Position numbers and translations under genes: made by a program. A stretch of DNA of 24,902 bases, taken from assembly GCA_000934665.2 (NCBI GenBank), contig KZ538048.1, positions 124,001 to 148,902 on the forward strand, read 5' to 3'. This DNA comes from Catajapyx aquilonaris. Taxonomy: Eukaryota. Below the pieces are notes generated by a model. It made no database searches. It saw only the letters and a program-made list of their open reading frames with translations, and had not been told where the DNA came from. This document shows, piece by piece, positions 11,484 to 21,939 of the stretch (the stretch's first letter is position 1; every line of letters begins with the position of its first letter).

Positions 11484-13462
11484 GTATTATTATATTTTTG
11501 GATAGGACAACGAATACAGTAAATTATGCTAATATCTGCAGTTGATTTTGAAATAGGTAGGGCTGTAATTTTGGGAGAGTATCCTATTTCATTCTAGCTT
11601 CATGCTCAAGGGCTTTATTCATAAGTAGACCCATGTGCCACTGAGCAATTTTTTAGGGTTACAAATTGTCCCCTCAAATTGATATGAATGGAGTTAATGT
11701 GTGTGAATGATTGGTTTTCAATTGAACTGCCCCATTTTAAGGGTTGCCACATTGTGTAAAAAGTTTCACTACCATTATTTTATTTTAAGAAATATTACTT
11801 TTTCATAAACAATAAACAAATCAAAATATTGAGCATTTTCTAGCATTGCCTGAAAGAGTTACGTATGTAAATATTATGCCATGCTCATAACACATTGTGT
11901 GGCCAAGTTAAGTTCAGTTGTAAAGAAACTTGCAAAGTTGTGATTTTAAAATCCAGATTTCCCAGTTGGGAATCGAATTAGGCAAAAACTGACAAGGGGC
12001 ATATCGTGGGTTATAATAATGGATCTGGATGAAACTGAATATGCTAATAAAGGCTAATACTGTATATGATAACCAAAAATGAAATATCTAGTGCTGAAGC
12101 CCATATATGCAAAAGTTATGATGTGTTAGAGTGACAAAAACGGTACATTTCCATACACAAAGGTATTACGTTAGCCACCACATATGATGACATTGAAGTC
12201 TGTAACCAGTTTTATTGTACCAAATACACATTATTTAACTGCCATAAAATTTATTAACACATAGTATGCGGTTCACTTTTTAATTAAAATTGTTAAAATT
12301 TTTACAAATTTTAATGAAAAAGTGAACTGCATACTACATGTAAATAAACTTTGTGACAGTTAAATAATGTGTATTTGGTACAATAAAACTGATTACACAC
12401 TTCAATGTTATATGTGGTCGCTAGCGTAATCCCATTGTGTATGGAAATGTACAATTTTTGTCACTTGAACACGTCATAACATTTGCAAATATAATCTCAG
12501 CACAAGATATTTCATTTTTGGTTATCATACGAGGGTGAATCAATGAATTCTGAGCCTGATATAGATGGAGTTGATCTACAATGACATGCTTCTACCAACT
12601 TGTAGTGGCACTCATTGGAACCTATATCACCAAGTTTCATTCTTATTGAATCATTCCACCAGGAGTACTTGAACCTTGTATGTGTGAAAGTGTGGGCCTG
12701 TGCTGATAATGGACAAACTCGAGGCACCTGCAGTGATAATACACCTCCCCAAAAAAGGGTTGCGCCCCAAGGACATCCACGAAGAGATGTTACAAGTAGG
12801 AGATGACGATGCTCCGTCATATGCTACAGTCAAAAGGTTGGCACGAGAATTCACGATGGGTCAGGAGAGTTTGCAAGATGACCCCCGCCCAGGCGGTCCG
12901 TCAACTTCGGTCACTGAGGAAAACGTGGACAGAATCCATGACATGGTGATGGCTGACAGGCGAATCACCATCCAGCAGATAGCCACGGCGGTGGGCATTT
13001 CTTTTGGCAGTGTCCAGTAAATCCTGACGAAACCCTTGGAAATGCACAAGCTTTCAGCGCGTTGGGTACCTCGCCGCTTGACACCAGATCAGAAGAGGAC
13101 TCGTGTGATCACATCTGAAGAGTCATTGGAGGTGTATCGACGGGACACTGCCGCTTTCTTGGGTCGCTATGTGACTCAAGACGAAACATGGCTTCATCAT
13201 TATTGCCCAGAAACCAAAATGCAGAGTAAGGAGTGGTGGCATCATGGATCTCCACCCCCACGAATGTTTCATGTCGTTCCATCGGTGGGGAAGGTGATGG
13301 CGTCGATTTTTTGGGACTGTGAATGGGTTCTGTTGGTGGACATTCTGAAACATGGGCGCACTATCACAGGAGACTACTACGCCAACCTTTTCCACCAGCT
13401 GCGCGAGACCATCAAGGAGAAGAGGTCCGGAAAACTGACCCAAGGGGTGCTGCTCCACCAAG

Positions 13463-13552
13463 TCATGGGTCCACCCATGGCGCGGGGCCTTTATGGTCGG
13501 GTCGCCGTAACTCTGACACAGTGTGGATGATGAGATATGATACATTGTCATT
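13463..13552 (+). mobile_element. ~90-bp insertion with 12-bp TSD, probably a 5'-truncated non-LTR (RTE-like) 3' end
   Basis: TGCTCCACCAAG is duplicated at 13451-13462 and 14094-14105. The sequence ends in a GATGATGAGATATGAT-like tail. GGGTCGCCGTAACTCTGACAC loosely resembles RTE 3' ends. The family assignment is inference. Confidence 0.5.
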
Positions 13553-14091
13553 GAGTACGTTTACATGGGACTAAAAATCGGCCTAGCTACGGGCTCCTAT
13601 GCTAGGCGAACCGGTTTACTCCCATGTAGCCGCTGGGCCTACGATAGACCGGCCTTATCTGATCCGTTGTCGGGCGCAGCCCAAGCCTCTTGGATCGGGT
13701 GGTCTACCTAAGGCGATGGCGGTGATTGGCTGCTAGGGAACAGCCCAGGACTTGCTTCTGAGTGGACTACAGGCCGCGAAAATAGTCCCCCCGTATCTGT
13801 GGCTTTCTCGAATAAACAGTGCTGGTACATGTTATTCAACTGCCTAATTATCATGGGCAGCCCATGCGGTAGCTGCAGAGCTACACATATTGCACATTTT
13901 GCTGTGAGGAGCGGAGTATGGCCCGGCATGGTAGGGACTATTTTCGGGCGGCTCACCCCCTCGGTCCCATGTAGTGCCCGGTATAGTCTGTCCCATGTAG
14001 CAGTGGCAAAAGGGGGAGCAGGCTTTGCGTAGATAGGCTTTGCTTAGGAAGCCTGGGTCAGGCCGATTTTTAGTCCCATGTAAACGTACTC
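13553..14091. mobile_element. PIF/Harbinger-like MITE (539 bp)
   Basis: Perfect 32-bp TIR GAGTACGTTTACATGGGACTAAAAATCGGCCT and 3-bp TSD ATT. Internal CCCATGTAG repeats and an inverted CGAAAATAGTCCC/GGGACTATTTTCG pair. CpG-rich, so probably young. Confidence 0.85.
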
Positions 14092-15549
14092 ATTGCTCCA
14101 CCAAGACAAAGCTCCAGCCCACACCTCACGGATTGCACAGGTGGCTGCTCACGATTGTGGGTTTGAACTTCTCCCCCATCCCCCCTATTCCCCAGATTTG
14201 GCCCCCCTCCGACTACCACCTCTTTCCAAAACTCAAAGAGAGCCTGCGTGGGACTCATTTTTCTGGTGATGATGAAGTGATCAGTGCTATGCATGAGTGG
14301 TTGGGTGGGGTAGGGAAAGATATTTTTTTACATGGAATCCAGAAGTTGGAGCACAGATGGCAGAAGTGCATTAATGTTCAGGGGGACTATGTTGAAAAGT
14401 CCCAATAAATTGGTGATGATAAAAAAAGTCTTTCTATGCGAGGCTCAGAATTCATTGATTCACCCTCGTATATTGTCCTTTATTAGCATATTCAGTTTCA
14501 TCCAGATCCGTTATTATCACCCGCGATATGTCCCTTGTGAGTTTCACTCTTTCATCAACTACTATTAGGAACACCCTCACTGAAAAGTATCGCAGTTGGA
14601 GCCAACAACAACCTGGAAGGGATTCTTTGTCCTTAGGACATTAGAGGATTATTGTTTGGGTACTGCTCTGCCAAGAATGACAAAAATACTGTAGTTACTG
14701 TATCATATCAAGGATGTGCAGTTGTGAGCAAAAGATGGGGATGGATCAGGGTCAGCAGCTCCAAGCAACTAGTTCACTGCAAAGTTGGTGTGATGTATGT
14801 GCACCAACACGTATACAGTAGGAGGCCACACTCTACCATACAACAGCTTTGGAGCAGAGACATCACTGGTTTTACTGTGAATTAGGTGTACTTATAACCG
14901 ACATCCATTCCTATCGTTGTGCTTGCAACTGTGTTGACAAAGCAGGGGTTTCCCAAAGGCAGCTGAGATTTGTATTAATGGAAACCGTGGTTATACCTTT
15001 GAGCCAAGCACCCTGACTGCATGTGGGTGAGTGTAGGCAATCCATCAGACCATTCATGTTGTCAAGTGACTTGGGTGTTACACATATGAGTTGCGTTTTG
15101 TAAAGTTACATTTTATAGTTGTCATACACTGCATGTTCAAATTATATTGGTTGGTGGCTTTCCCTGTCAGTACTAGGACGATTCCAGGATGGTTTCCATG
15201 TTGGAAATGCCACAACCACTCCCTTCCATCTCGATTCTTTTCCCATATTTTGTTGTGCACAAGAGAGTGGCTATCATTGGCCAATTGGTTCAGTGATGGA
15301 AAGGATCCTCAGCTTTGTAAGAATACCTGATCCCAATGCAATCCCAACCCTTAGTTGACACCTCGAACAATGGGATGGGTTGAAATGTGATATTTTTTAA
15401 ATAATGGTTTACTTGCTTTAGTTGTGCATGTGCATTCCCACTGATAGATCCCAACATGTACACGGGAGGGGAATTTGCATGCATGATGGAGCAAGTAATC
15501 AAATGTTTGCGCCACTCCCAGTGCTTGAGATGTCATCGTAAAACACTTA

Positions 15550-15629
15550 CAGTCGCAAGCATAAAGATGTGGATGGTAGACCAGAGGAAGAGCTCTGGTC
15601 TACCATCCACATCTTGATGCTTGTGACTG
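15550..15629. mobile_element. 80-bp Tc1/mariner-superfamily hairpin MITE
   Basis: TA|CAGT...ACTG|TA, with 37-bp arms (2 mismatches) and a 6-nt loop GAAGAG. Confidence 0.85.
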
Positions 15630-15757
15630 TACCTCTGATATAAATTCATTTCCGGGGCACTGCTGCTTCTAAACTTGTTCAATCATGATTCAAATGAAAG
15701 TGAGTGAGTCCTGTGCATATGGTCATGGCTGTGAGAATAAGAATTAGTCATTATTAT

Positions 15758-17303
15758 TAGAGTCCGGATTTGTAGGTAAATGCCTATTTAGTTCCTTAAG
15801 GGGGCACTACAGTCATCGACCTTCAAAAATGCATTTTTTTTTTTTTTGAAAAAAATCCAGCGTCTTTTCCTCCGTCGAACGTGGCAAACCGTGTCCCGAA
15901 ATTCAAAAAATTGGCGCGTTGGGAGCGGACACCTGGCAACAACATTCCCTCCTCCCTCCTCTCCCCACCTACCTGCTGGCATGAGCACCATCCGGTGCTG
16001 CTCCCGCGCGGACATGGAGGCACTTAGCCGGTCCTGCTGTCACCAGCACGTCTGTGTCACACTAACATATTTTTTGAATCGCATTATCGCTCTGTTACGT
16101 TACCCTACTTTTAACTTTAAACAAGATTCTCAGTTTGCTGGATTTGGACACTGTCAATATCGCCCAGGCCACAAAAATTTAGCAATGGACTTCCCACTTC
16201 ACCAGATTTATCCTCAAACATGGCGCTATCCAACGGCCTAAAAGATTCAGCCTGCTCAAACTACTTCTATTTTAACTTTAATTAAATGTTTTCTCAAAAC
16301 TGAGTTATCTTTCTGAAATCGTCTAAAAAATACTAAAACGATTTCAAAAATTCTAATTCTAGGTCAATTGAAAACTACATGCTTAAGGAAGCCTGAGGTC
16401 CAATATGACTGTTGTAAGTTGACCCCAGCGTCCTAAATCATGTCGAGAGTTGAGTGACGTCACGCGGCCCTGGAGGCCCTTCGACACACGAACGTGATTC
16501 GATTATAGGTGCTAATAGGTCTTTGACTTATGTACATTCATGAAAATGAAGTCCCAACTTCTTGTGTCTAACGGATTTTTTTGGGGCGATTTTTTACAAA
16601 ACCCTTGATTTCGACTGTAGTGCCCCTTAACAGTTGGGATGGTTTTGTGAAGAGATCTATCCATTTCATAAGTGCAGGATGTGGAAAATGTAGGTTTTAT
16701 AGTGCCTAAAATGGCCTATTTCATGGTTTTGGGAGCTATTTTGCCTATTCTGGCTTTTTGCGACTTTTCATGCCTATTTGGCCTTTTTTTGGGATAGTTT
16801 TTGAACTTTTTGAAGCAATTTCGGGACTTTTTCGGGCCTGTATTATAGACCTAGTTCTTCAGAGGCATATTTGGTTTTTTTGAGTATTTTTTGTGCTCCT
16901 GAAAGGACCAAAATCGTTCAGAAGTAATACTGCGAATCATGTTTCCATAACGCGTATGCCGGAACAATCAGAGGAAAATTTAGAAAAATATTAGGCAACA
17001 TATTGTACAAGTGGAAACTGGCTATAAGCCGTAGAGTCCAGAGCAAGTGATAGTGTGATACTTGCTTGCACTTTGTGTCTTTTGCTCAAGTTTCGTGATT
17101 TCCTGTCAGTTTATCATTGTTATTTGGTTTTTGCTATGGTTTGTGACATTATATTTATAATTTAGGCCAATGGAATCATTATATCTTTTTTATTTTCTCT
17201 AACATTATCCTCCTTCCTCCAGAAAGAGTAAATATTTTGTGCCTATTTGAGGTTTTTTCGTGCCTATTTTGGGGTTCTTTCGTGCCTAAAAATCCAGACT
17301 CTA
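15758..17303. mobile_element. putative TIR DNA element with GCCTATTT subterminal repeats (host of the Kolobok-like insert)
   Basis: TAGAGTCCGGATTTGTAGG versus CCTAAAAATCCAGACTCTA termini. About 9 copies of GCCTA(T/A)-type motifs. Possible degraded 8-bp TSD attattat/gtaattat. Confidence 0.5.
15800..16626. mobile_element. Kolobok-like non-autonomous DNA transposon
   Basis: TTAA|GGGGGCACTACAGTC ... GACTGTAGTGCCCC|TTAA. A TTAA TSD with RR...YY termini fits Kolobok rather than piggyBac. CpG-rich interior. Confidence 0.75.
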
Positions 17304-17478
17304 GTAATTATTGCTATTTTGAATGTGACCAGTTATCAAACTTTTTGCAATATGTGGTCATGGGAAGGCCTACAAGTTAGTTAAAGAAATTGATATCCAA
17401 ATACATTGTCATCATGTGACTGTGTTGTCATACAGCAGGTGCAGCTGATGTGATGGGTCTTGGGCATGTGATACTTAA

Positions 17479-17902
17479 TGTGTTGAGGGCGACGTGTATC
17501 ATATGATCTGCGGAGGTTTGAATTTGGTGTGCTACAATGTTGCCCCCCCCCCCNNNCCCCGCCCGGTGAGTGTTTTTGTAAATAGCAGTCTGGACCCTTG
17601 GGAGTTTCTCATAATATGGTGTTGTGATAATATTATGTAACCATAATAACAATGTATAGTGATTGAGTGAACTTGTTAGGCCTGTCGACATCCTGAGAGG
17701 CAGACAATTCTTTAAAAAATTATTTCTCGGACACCTTGTAGATGAATTTTCCCAGCATTTTACATTCCAAACGACTACCACAAACTAAAATGATTAATTT
17801 TGGCGCGAAGTTGTTATTCATTAATATCATTCCTACATCGAATTTTGGACAAAAAGACAAAGAAACGACCCAAAAAACAAATGAAACCTAGCCCTCAACA
17901 GG
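17479..17902. mobile_element. degraded TTAA-targeting (piggyBac-like) MITE
   Basis: TTAA|tgTGTTGAGGGC ... GCCCTCAACAgg|TTAA (10/12 inverted match). Contains 2 ambiguous bases in a C-run. Confidence 0.45.
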
Positions 17903-17967
17903 TTAAATTAATTATTGAGGCATATTGTACACTAACTGTTCTAAAACCTTGATTCTTGTCTTTGAAG

Positions 17968-18420
17968 GAGGCGGAACGCACGTTACTGAGGCTTGAGGCA
18001 GACCTTCGTGACTTTTGCGGGCGCCCTGAGGATGAATGTGCCCTCACTGAACGTTTGAATCACCAGCAGGAGCAGCTTGAAGCAGAGAGGAAGGCATTTG
18101 AAGACATGGAGTTTCGTCAAATGGAGCAAGAGGCACAGAAGGAAGCAGACAAAGAAGACTCCCTGAAGGAGATTGGAGAGCTAGAGGAGAAAGTGGCAGG
18201 GAGGAGGAGGCAGCTTCAGGAAGTAGAGAGGCAGCAGGGAGCTATGCTGAACTCTGTGAGGGGGGAAACCAGGGAGATGGAGAGGGAAAGACAGCAGCTG
18301 CTCCGGAGCTTGGAGGTTGAGAAGGAAAGATTGACAGAATTGGACAGCAAAATTGATGCCATAGCCAAGTCAGACTCCAGCCAAGACTCCAGCCCTGAGG
18401 CCTCATCTGATTCAGAGGAG
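17968..18420 (+). CDS. PHLDB1: PHLDB-family exon I (coiled coil)
   Basis: tcttgtctttgaAG acceptor (NAGNAG aaggag) and gag|GTGCGT donor, phase 0/0. Encodes EAERTLLRLEADL...QEQLEAERKAFEDMEFRQMEQEA..., matching the PHLDB FEDLEFQQLE motif. Confidence 0.88.
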
Positions 18421-18982
18421 GTGCGTACTCTTGGCAAGCAGGTTATTGTGTTTTATGTGCTATGAATCATCAATGTAAAGGATGGGCTGAAACTCCTGTT
18501 GGAAATACAGATAGGATAATGAATCAAGTTAGCGCTGTATTTTCAACGTCCTAGCAAAAGTGGGCGTTCCGATCACAAGTTGCCGCTGGCGTTGCTAGAG
18601 GTAGCAGGAATGCGATTTTGACAGCCTCTCTCGCACCCTACGACCCCTGAGTAAGGATAAGGCTCCACCCTCAATTTTCCCACCAAGGGTGCGGTGTTGT
18701 TGATGGGAACTGAGCCACCCAGCCAATGGGGACTGTGCAGACCATGGTACAGACAAACTTTCAAAATTCCCCATGGTAGGAGGCACTGCGAGATACTTAG
18801 GTGGCCTTCACTCGTTCAATCTCTCTCTTACGGTCACCCAGTGCTTTTCTGTCCCCCTCTGCTTCGTTTTCTCGATGCACTCCGCATCCCCCCTCATCTG
18901 CAGTACACGGTACTCCCTATTATCCATGCTAATTAATGCACCAGTGTGTCAGGAAAACACAGATAACCCGAAAATGGTTCTA

Positions 18983-19604
18983 CAGGGTGTATCGGAGTCA
19001 CGGGTCAAGCGCGCGTGAGGGGGTGGGGAAAAATCGTAGGTGGCGACTACCCTGGTCGGTTTTATAAAACAATTAGAAATACGGCAGTAATCAATTTATT
19101 TATTACGGCTGTATGGCGTGACGTCAGGTTCTTTCTGTTTGAATTGAGCCTGGTGGACACGGCAAATGCAAGGCAAGAGTGCAGTGGTTTGAACAGGTTT
19201 GAAGCTGGTTGACGGGTTTTTAGCCTTGCGGGTTGCACTGAAAAAGGCGCTCTCATGCTACACCAGCAGGGTACTGAACACACCACTGTACAGTAGTACA
19301 CTACTTTGTTCAGTACCCTGCTGGTGTAGCATGAGAGCGCCTTTTTCAGTGCAACTCGCAAGGCTAAAAACCCGTCAACCATCTTCAAACACGTTCAAAC
19401 CACTGCACTCTTGCCTTGCATTTGCCGTGCCCGCCAGGCTCAATTCAAACAGAAAGGACGTGACGTCACGCCATACGGCCGTAATAAATAAATAGATTAC
19501 TGCTGTATTTCTAATTGTTTTATAAAACCGACCGGGGTAGTCACCACCTACGATTTTTCCCCACCCCCTCGCATGCGCTTGACCTGTGACTCTGATACAC
19601 CCTG
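18983..19604. mobile_element. 622-bp Tc1/mariner-type fold-back MITE
   Basis: TA|CAGGGTG...CACCCTG|TA, with two 298-bp arms (18 substitutions by manual alignment, no indels) and a 26-nt spacer. Confidence 0.92.
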
Positions 19605-19796
19605 TATATACCGTAATATAAATGTTTGGCATTGCCTAGGTCGTTACAGTTGGTCCCTCGAAATTTCTTCACTCGACATTTTAGATGTGTATGAGGCCAG
19701 TGAGTATGCTGGTGGCTGAATGTCCCACTAGTAAGAAGCGCACTGTGTAGGGAAGAAAAAAGTTTTTTTTTGTTTTTTGTTTTTTTTTTTTGTAAA

Positions 19797-20824
19797 GGAC
19801 ATGGGTTAAATCCTTATGGAAAAGTGCCCCCAGTTGGATTTGGCTGAAACTTGGGCAGTTAATAGACCTTGTCCTCCGGGTCAATTGTTCTGAAGGCTGA
19901 AGAAAATCTACCGTGCCGTTTGGCCGCTAGAGGCGCTGAAAGTCGGAATTTCAAAGTTTTCCGATCTTTGTGAAAATGACGCACACTGTAGAGTTCGATG
20001 AGCTGAGTCGAATGCGCCATGGGATAATTTTCTATTACAAACCATTTGACTGTGATACGGCTAAATTAGACTTCAACATCAGGCCTTTTACTGGGACTAT
20101 AAGGGTGGATTGCAAAGACGGAGTTTAAACAGCGCCTCAATTAGATCACAGTTTAAACCAGGGTTCCGTTTGTAAAGACGTGGATTAGCCTCGAGACGGG
20201 GTTTAAACCGTGGTCTCACTCAGACCACCTTCGAGGGTGGTTTAAACTGGGTTCAGACGGCAAAATGAAGTCGGATGGGCTCGATTACGACCGTGATCTT
20301 TGCCTTCTGTGGCAATTGAGGAGTTGACTGGCTCGCTGTAGCGTCGTGCACCTCCGGATTTTGCATCAACCCTATATGTACTCTACTGTATGTATTCATC
20401 TGCTTCCAGAGTACCCAATAAGCACCATTATCTTGCATGTAGCCTGCGATACACTTTTATGTCGAGGCTATTATAGACCTACTTATATTGTCACCTATAC
20501 AGATATAAAACTAACTATAACTACCAAATGGTTTGTCAGAGAAAATTGTCACCTATACAGATATAAAACTAACTATAACTACCAAATGGTTTGTCAGAGA
20601 AAGTTGTCCCGTCGACTCAGCTCACCAAACTACAGTATGCGTCATTTTAACCAAGATCAGACAACTTTGAAATTCCGACTTTCAGGGCCTTTAGTGGCCA
20701 AACAGCCCGGTAGATTTTCTTTGGCCTTCAGAACAATTGACCCTGAGGACCAGGTCTTTTAACTGACCAAGTTTCAGCCAAATCCAACTGGGGGCACTTT
20801 TCCATAAGGATTTAACCCATGTCC
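19797..20824. mobile_element. long-TIR non-autonomous element, Spy-like
   Basis: Inverted arms of about 250 bp (GGACATGGGTTAAATCCTTATGGAAAAGTGCCCCCAGTTGG...). Flanks are AAA|...|TTT with no direct TSD. Confidence 0.75.
20487..20602 (+). repeat. perfect 58-bp tandem duplication
   Basis: ATTGTCACCTATACAGATATAAAACTAACTATAACTACCAAATGGTTTGTCAGAGAAA x2. Confidence 0.95.
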
Positions 20825-21353
20825 TTTGAAGAAAGTATAGAAGAATTTTCTTCCCACACTGCTACTCACTGATAACATAACCGTACCATTGCCAACACTG
20901 GTACTGCTGCGTTAGCAGTAACTAACAGTGGGACGAAAATTCCACCCATAGTTGTTTGGAGTAAATGACTGCTAAGAACTTGATTTCCTACATACCAGTT
21001 AGTCTAATGTAGGTGAGAAAATTTGAACCTTGACAAGCTAAGGACAAGACTTGAATGACAAATGTCCTTGATCCTAGAAGGTTCATTTCAACAGCTAATA
21101 AATACTATGGAAGTGCTGTAACTGCTGCGCTAGAAATTGGAATATTGAAATGCTCACAGCAATCACATGGATAAACAGTCAGGGTGGTTCTCAACAGGCA
21201 GTAGATGCCACTGTGACTAGGGCCAGTTGTTTTTTTAAATTTATTATTGTCTCTGTGTGAATCTCTGTCTTATGATAAAGGAAAATGTGTAAAATAGTAA
21301 ACAAAGGCACCTTCGTTCCTTGCATGATACCAGTGTTGCAGGAAAGAAATGTA

Positions 21354-21939
21354 CGAGGGCCGTACTAAATTTTATAATTTATTTTTTTGCTACAAATACA
21401 GTACCTGTACGGGTCAGCAGATAGTCACACATTATAGATAGAATCCTCCTGGAGCCAAATGCACTACCACCACAGGTGTGTCAACCTCTCCAGGCTCTCC
21501 AGAAACCACTTTTTGGAGGTGCTACGCACCCACTACCGGACAACTGCTTGCAGTCAACAACGTAAACAACTGTCAACAGCATCCTCGAAATGGCGTCGGC
21601 AAGGGGTTTTCTTCATGGATCTGGGTTTGGGTGCTTCCACACCCACTGCACTCACCTGGCTTGGCCCCCAGTGACTTTCACCTGTTTAGATCCATGAAAA
21701 AAACTCCTTCACTGAAGCAATTTTGAGTACATTGTTGGCTGTAAGGAGTTGTCCGGGAGGGGGTCGCCACACCTCCAAAAAATTGATCCTGGAGGGGCTG
21801 GAAAGGTTGCCACACCCATGACTCCTGTTCATTGAGCTCCAGGAGGATTCTCTTGATAATGTGTGACTATCTGCCGACCTGTACGGGCACTGTATTTGTG
21901 GCAAAAAATTAATTGCAAGTCATTTTAGTAGAGCCCTCG
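21354..21939. mobile_element. mariner-derived 3'-3' fold-back element
   Basis: TA|CGAGGGC...GCCCTCG|TA, with diverged inverted arms of more than 200 bp. The centre and right arm encode a decayed transposase C-terminus (VLPHPLHSPGLAPSDFHLFRSMKK...LEGLERLP). Confidence 0.85.

Larger units (their letters stand above)
12709..14408 (+). pseudogene. mariner transposase pseudogene
   Basis: MDKLEAPAVI...DDPRPGGP...WVPRRL...TQDETW...LLHQ|DKAPAH...HPPYSPDLAPSDY...CINVQGDYVEK, with 34 residues between the 2nd and 3rd Asp. Lesions are an in-frame TAA at 13018-13020, an insertion at 13463-14093, and a +1 frameshift in the C-run at ~14202-14207. Confidence 0.93.
12530..14468 (+). mobile_element. full-length mariner (DD34D, probably irritans-subfamily-like), inactivated
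   Basis: Perfect 28-bp TIRs CGAGGGTGAATCAATGAATTCTGAGCCT (12530-12557, 14441-14468) and TA TSDs. Length is about 1.3 kb after removing the nested inserts. Confidence 0.95.
11986..14544. mobile_element. AT-rich palindromic (fold-back) element interrupted by the mariner
   Basis: Imperfect palindrome centred at ~12298. The left arm 11986-12298 pairs with 12299-12529 and, after the mariner, with 14471-14544 (GGATCTGGATGAAACTGAATATGCTAATAAA versus TTTATTAGCATATTCAGTTTCATCCAGATCC). True termini are unresolved. Confidence 0.75.

Noticed and set aside
17543..17560. C-run with nn
   Set aside because: Sequencing ambiguity in a homopolymer.
19015..19632. Paired near-identical ORFs on opposite strands
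   Set aside because: Artefact of the palindromic MITE, not genes.
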